DNA of 64,000 nt from the human T2T-CHM13v2.0 reference genome, Homo sapiens, in assembly GCF_009914755.1 (NCBI RefSeq), contig NC_060940.1; one strand, written 5' to 3'. Both the position numbers and the translations under genes were made by a program. Below, piece after piece: positions 57,882-64,000 of this stretch. Below the pieces are notes generated by a model. It was not told the DNA's origin and made no database searches. It saw nothing but the letters and a program-made list of their open reading frames with translations. The first letter of the stretch is position 1, and each line of letters begins with the position of its first letter.

Positions 57882-58263
57882 ATATACTTTGAATCCAAAT
57901 GACAGGGCAAGGTAGTAGGGTAATACGGGGAGAAAAAGGAAAAATTTTAACTTTTCATCCCTATGAAATGCGACTGAGGGTCAGGTCAATAGGCTGGGCT
58001 CTATCTCTGATATCTCAATGCTCTAAATATTGCTTTTACCAAATCATCCCAGATGAAGTGCAACATGAGAAAAAGTGATGCTGAATCCAAGTTAAAACAG
58101 TCATGATGGGAGAGGGTATGGATTCGCCAGAACTAGAGTCAAATCCTAGTCTAAGACTTAATACCCACTTGAAGATTGGGGGACAAGAAGTGTATGCCCA
58201 ATTTCATTTGAGGAAATAAATGTCTGTTCCTAAAATCAAGCTAGTAAATTACAAATGGATTCT

Positions 58264-58840
58264 ATGGGTTTTTTTGTTTTGTTTTTTGTTTTTGCAGTTG
58301 CAAGATTTAATAGAGTGAAAACAGAGCTCCCATACAAAGGCACCCAAAGAGGGTAGCTGTTGCCAGCTCTAAGGCCTGGGTTTATATCCCGATCATTGTC
58401 CCTCCTGCTGTGCTCTCAGGCGATAGATGACTGGCTGTTTCCTTACCTCCTGTTTTCACCTAATCAGTATTTTAGTGAGCTCTCTTTACTACCTGATTTG
58501 TTGGGTATGAGCTAAGTTGCAAGCCCCGTGTTTAAAGGTGGATGTGGTCACCTTCCCAGCTAGGCTTAGGGATTCTTAGTTGGCCTAGGAAATCCAGCTA
58601 GTCCTGTCTCTCAGTCCCCACTCTCAACAGGAAAACCCAAGTGCTGTTGAGGAGGTTGGCTGATGACCACTCTAACTGCTTCCTGATGAATTGGGGCATA
58701 GTAGGGGTCATGCAGTTGAGATTTCCTTGGGAGGGGTGCCTTCGGTGTCATCAACATCGGAGTGTGGGCTAGCAGACCAGTCCAGGGGTCCATGGTAGAT
58801 CTTAGTCATGGACTGCATCTGGGGCTCCATTTGAAGAACC
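58264..58840 (-). pseudogene. HERV-W (HERV17/LTR17) processed pseudogene, 5'-truncated: env tail, PPT, U3-R, poly(A)
   Basis: Minus strand: LTR starts TGAGAGACAGGACTAGCTGG at 58613 and ends ATTAAATCTTGCAACTGC plus A-rich tail, with no U5. 58839-58672 translates VLQMEPQMQSMTKIYHGPLDWSASPHSDVDDTEGTPPKEISTA*PLLCPNSSGSS*. 14-bp TSD tacaaatggattct at 58250-58263 and 58841-58854. Confidence 0.95.
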
Positions 58841-59064
58841 TACAAATGGATTCTTATCCATTAATTAGAACATGCTGCTATGTCTAAGATACATATTCTA
58901 GATAGTGATATTATTTATTTTATTTTATGTTTACTTATATGTATTCTAGAAAGGGATGTTATTTATTTTATTTTACTTCTATTGCTTTATATTTTTTCAA
59001 GGCAACAAAATCAAGATATACAAAATTATAAATAATATTTAATTATTAAATATTATAATATTAG

Positions 59065-59407
<343 letters not shown>

Positions 59408-59489
59408 TTAAAATAATTAAAACTTTTTTTTTTTTGTAATATTTGGCAGGAGAATCCAGTCCATTTATTCAGCAAATAGTTACTTACAT

Positions 59490-59845
59490 TGTATTAGTCC
59501 ATTGTCACACTACTGATAAAGACATACCCAAGACTGGGAAGAAAAAGAGTTCTAATGGGACCTACAGTTCCACATGACTGAGGAGCCCTCAGAATCATGA
59601 CAGGAGATGAAAGGCACTTCTTACATGGCAGTGGCAAGAGAAAAAATGAGGAGGAAGCAAAAGCAGAAACCCCAGATAAACCCATTAGATCTCGTGAGAC
59701 TTACTCACTATCATGAGAATAGCACAGGAGAGACTGGCCCCCATGATTTGATTAACTCCTCCTGGGTCCCTCCCACAACACGTGGGAATTCTGGGAGATA
59801 CAATTCAAGCTGAGATTTGAGTGGGGACACAGCCACACTAAATCA
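59490..59845 (-). mobile_element. THE1A-like solo LTR
   Basis: tgtattagtcc...ggggacacagccacactaaatca; TSD tacat/cacat. Confidence 0.9.
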
Positions 59846-60374
59846 CACATTCACAAGGATAATATTTGCTATGCTTCTACATTGAGCCAGGCTCTGTGCT
59901 AAACCCTTGGTCTAGAATGGGTTATCTAGACCAGACCCATTCTTTAAGCTTCAGGTGCTTACTCTCTACTGAGTATTGAACCATAGGAGACTGCAAATAT
60001 TCAATCATTTTTTACTTATAAGAATGGCAATTTCCTATAATCCAACCTTATAATAAGGAAATATATCAAATGATTACACAAATGGAAGTACAATTATAAT
60101 GTGAGATAACAGCCATGTAGGAAAATGTAAGGTTCTACATAAATCAGGAAAAAGACAAAAGGCTAGTTTCGGAATAGTGTTGGAGATTCTTCTTTTCTAC
60201 CCCATGTTGCTTTCCAAGTGCAGAGAGTTCCATTAATCAATCAGTCCTAACCTCCCTCCATCTTCCTCCCCTGGAAAATTAGGGAGAGAACTGCTGCTGG
60301 GCCCCTTCCTTCTCCTTCCTCTTAGGAGCTAACCACTACAGAAAACCTGCTTTGCTCTGTTCCTCTATGCAGTG

Positions 60375-61487
60375 TTTTTGTTTTGTTTTGTTTTTATTGT
60401 GGTAAATATATATAACATACAACTTACCATTTTAACCATTTTTAAGGTACAGCTCAGTGGCATTAAGTACATTCACATTGCTGTGCAACCATTACCACCA
60501 TTCATCTGCAGAACTTTTATCATCTTCCCCAAATTGAAACTCTGTTCCCACTAAACAACTCCCCATTCTCCCTCTCTCCAGCCCCTGGCAACTACCATTC
60601 TGCTTTCCGTCTCTATAAGTTTAACAACTTTAGATATCTCATATGAGTGAAATCATACAGCATTTGTATTTTTGTGACTGGCTTACTTCACTTAGCATAA
60701 TGTCCTCCAGGCTTATCCATATTGTACAATGTGTCAGAATTTCCTTTCTTTTTAAGACTGAATAATATTTTATTATGTGGACATATGACATTTTGTTTCA
60801 TTTAATGACATTCATTTATCAATGGACATTGGAATTACTTCCTCCTTTGGCCATTGTGAAAAATACTGCTGTAAATATGGATGCAAAAATATCTGTCCAA
60901 GTCCCTGCTTTCAATTGTTTTAGGTATATACTCAGAAATGGAATTGCTGAATCACATGAAAATTTCATTTTTAATTTTTTAAGAAACCACCATACTGTTT
61001 TCCATTGGGATCACACAATTTTACCTCCTCACTGGCCATGCACAGGGTTCCAGTGTTTCTACATCCTCACTGACACCTGTATTTTCCTTTAAAAAAAATA
61101 ATAAAAGCCTTTCTATTCCAAGGGGTGTCAAGCGGTAACTCATTATGGTTTTGATTTGTATTTCCTTAGTGATTATTGATGTTGAGCATCTTTTCATATG
61201 CTTTTCAGCCAATTGTATACCTTCTTTGGAGGAATGTCTATACAAGTCCTTCATCCATTTTTAAATCATGTTTTTTGTTTGCTTGTTGTTGAATTGTAGG
61301 AGTCCTTTATATATTCTGGATATCTTTCTCTTATCATGTATATAACCTGCAAATATGTTCTCCAATTCTATGGGTTGCCTTTTAAGTGTGTTGATAGTGT
61401 TCTTTGATGCACATAAGTTTTAAATTTTGATCTATTCCAATTGATGTATTTTTCCTTTTGTTGCCTATACTTTTGATGTCATATCAC
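60375..61487 (-). mobile_element. L1MB-like 3' region
   Basis: ttattgtggtaaatatata...accattttaaccatttttaag...ttttgatgtcatatc. Confidence 0.88.
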
Positions 61488-62394
61488 GCTGAAGTTTTAC
61501 AAAGGCAGGCCCACCATGGGGCATCCCGGGGGGTCTGGTGATGCCTGTGACTAAGTGGTAAGTCTAGTTAATTCTGGATTCAGTATAAAAATTTTACCCA
61601 CAGAAATGAGCCATATTTTCCAACGTCAGTTTTTCTGATTTAACAAAGATGTATTTTGATCTCCATCTGAATCACTCCTTGACTTTTTCTTAATTTGTTT
61701 AGTATCAACTTATGCCCCCATCCAAATACCAAAAGGAAGCTGGGCATATGCGGTTTTTGGAACGATATCTCAAGAATGCATAGAAGTTAACAATTTAAGG
61801 GAAAAGACAAGAGTAGATCGTTCAAGGCAGGGCAATGAAAAGAGAGTATACAAATGTCCTATAGTAGGAGAAGTATAATATGATTTTACAAAAACACCAA
61901 AAAAAAGCCTAATAAAGGCCGATAAAAAGCACAGAGAAGAGAACAAAAAGAATGGGGTGAAAGATGAGGTTCCAGACAGGAGCACAGCCAGGGTCCCACA
62001 CCGGCAGGATCTTGTAGAATATTGTGTCTGCCCTTAACTAGAAAGAGTTAAGCCTATGATCCTTAAAGGTTTGCTTACCCTCATTCCTGAGCATAAGTAA
62101 TGAAAGCATCAGATTTCCCCTAGAAGGCGAAGATTCCTATTGAACAATACAGATAAGCATGCCATTTTGCTGCCACCAAAGCCTTAGGTCAGAAATGCTT
62201 TAATTGGCTAAGAAGATTCCCTTATATCAAAAACAGGAAAACAAAATCATGAAAAAAGGCAACACAAATTAAACTAACAAAATAAAGTGCTTGGAGTGGG
62301 AAGACATCATTATTATTCCCCTAAAATTGTCCAAAAACTAAAACAAAAAATAATCTTCCCAAAATGCATTTGGCTATTAGAAATATAAACACTT

Positions 62395-62868
<474 letters not shown>

Positions 62869-62949
62869 TTAGAAAGGGATTAGAAAAAAAAAAGAAATAC
62901 ATTGATAATACTTTCCTCTGAACACCTCAATCAACCCATAGTAGCTAGG

Positions 62950-63150
62950 ACTACACAGAGCTACATTATCTCGTTTAACTCTCACAACTTCCCCAAGAGG
63001 ATGGGTACTACCATTATCCCTATTTTGCAGATTAGAAAATCAAGGCATTAAAGAACTGAATTCCCAAGAGTTATTCTACTAATGCATAATGAATTGGTTA
63101 AAAATCAGGCTTGTCTGTTGCCAGAATTTATGTTACTAACCATTATAACA
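62950..63150 (-). mobile_element. MIR SINE
   Basis: cattatctcgtttaactctcacaac...attatccctattttgcagat. Confidence 0.7.
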
Positions 63151-63564
63151 GCCTTGTTTGCACAAATTCTATCCCAGAGAAAAGAACAGGCATCTTTGGC
63201 CAGCTTAGAGAAAGGACCCTTCCCTAAATATGAGGAGATTTTCACATTGTGTTGTCCCTTCATTCAGCCAATTCCAGATCCTGATGAGAGACCTGAAGAG
63301 TATGCACAGACTCTGCTGAGTGACTGGGAACACTGAGGGGGAAAGGGAAGATGGACAAACTGTAAAGAATGTAGATCCAATGAGAAGAAAAAAAGACTAG
63401 GAATGAAAGAAAGGGGAAAGGGGTCATCCTCCTCCCAAAAGCGTATCCATTTTAATTAAGCTAGTTATCTGCAGTTGCTTTTTTATCTAAACATTAGCTT
63501 CTCCCACCTAAAGATTGAAATGCAGAATTAAAGAGAGGTATTTTAAAATAAGATTAGTCCTTCC

Positions 63565-63770
63565 TCATTCGTTTATTCTCTAACATTAATTTACAGAGCC
63601 CCTTCTCCATGCCAGGCACTCGTCTAGGCAGTTGGGATAGATCAGTGGATGAAACAAATATCCCTTCCTATGTAAAGTTTACATCCTACTGAAGGGAGAT
63701 AGACAATAATCAATAAACAAAATAAATAAAAAATATAAAATGTTCAATAGTATTTTTTGAAAAGTTGATT
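63565..63770 (-). mobile_element. L2 3' end
   Basis: cattcgtttattc...atgccaggcactcgtctaggc...tttacatcctactg. Confidence 0.7.
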
Positions 63771-64000
63771 AATAAGGGACATCAAGAGTATTGGAACAGG
63801 AAGAGGAAGCATAGTTGCAGGAGTAATATGTCCTCATTAAAAAACTCCTCATGTAGTGCTCAAGCTGCCCCTTTTGTGATCACTCCCTTCAGGTTGTTTT
63901 TAGTTAAGTATTACCTCAAACACATTCCCTTTCAAGTTTTCCTTGGTCCTGGCATCAGGTGCAGGAGGACAATGACATCAACTCATTCTCAAGGCTGGGG

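Noticed and set aside
58611-58793. 60-aa ORF in the HERV-W insert / possible syncytin gene
   Set aside because: The listed ORF is out of the env frame; the env frame covers only about 55 codons and has an internal stop
61511-61563. Perfect Kozak CCACCATGG followed by a GTAAGT donor
   Set aside because: The frame stops after 12 codons (MGHPGGSGDACD*) before the donor, and there is no promoter or acceptor support

Overview
Catarrhine primate, most likely human, non-coding genomic DNA (intronic or intergenic). I see no protein-coding gene, CpG island, functional RNA gene or CRISPR array. The supplied ORFs come from Alu, L1, LTR or low-complexity sequence, or match nothing I recognise. Most of the window is layered transposable-element remains: about 25 Alus (J, S, Y, FLAM), L1PA/PB/MA/MB/MC/ME pieces, L2, MIR, MaLR and ERV LTRs, and hAT/Tigger DNA elements. 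The best-supported unusual items are: (1) a TSD-flanked tailless 5S rRNA retropseudogene (36932-36973); (2) an L1-mobilised HERV-W processed pseudogene with an env-tail remnant and 14-bp TSD (58264-58840); (3) two twin-primed, 5'-inverted L1s; (4) a probable micro-inversion that flipped an Alu TSD (about 25900-26123); (5) a 115-bp non-tandem local duplication of an LTR/Alu junction; (6) a degenerate TTAGGG tract; and (7) several repeat-free, motif-rich blocks that may be enhancers (best: about 12.0-13.0 kb). I find no support for a new multi-gene system. Repeat family names come from remembered consensus sequences, not from a search, and boundaries of old repeats are approximate. I could not identify the locus.
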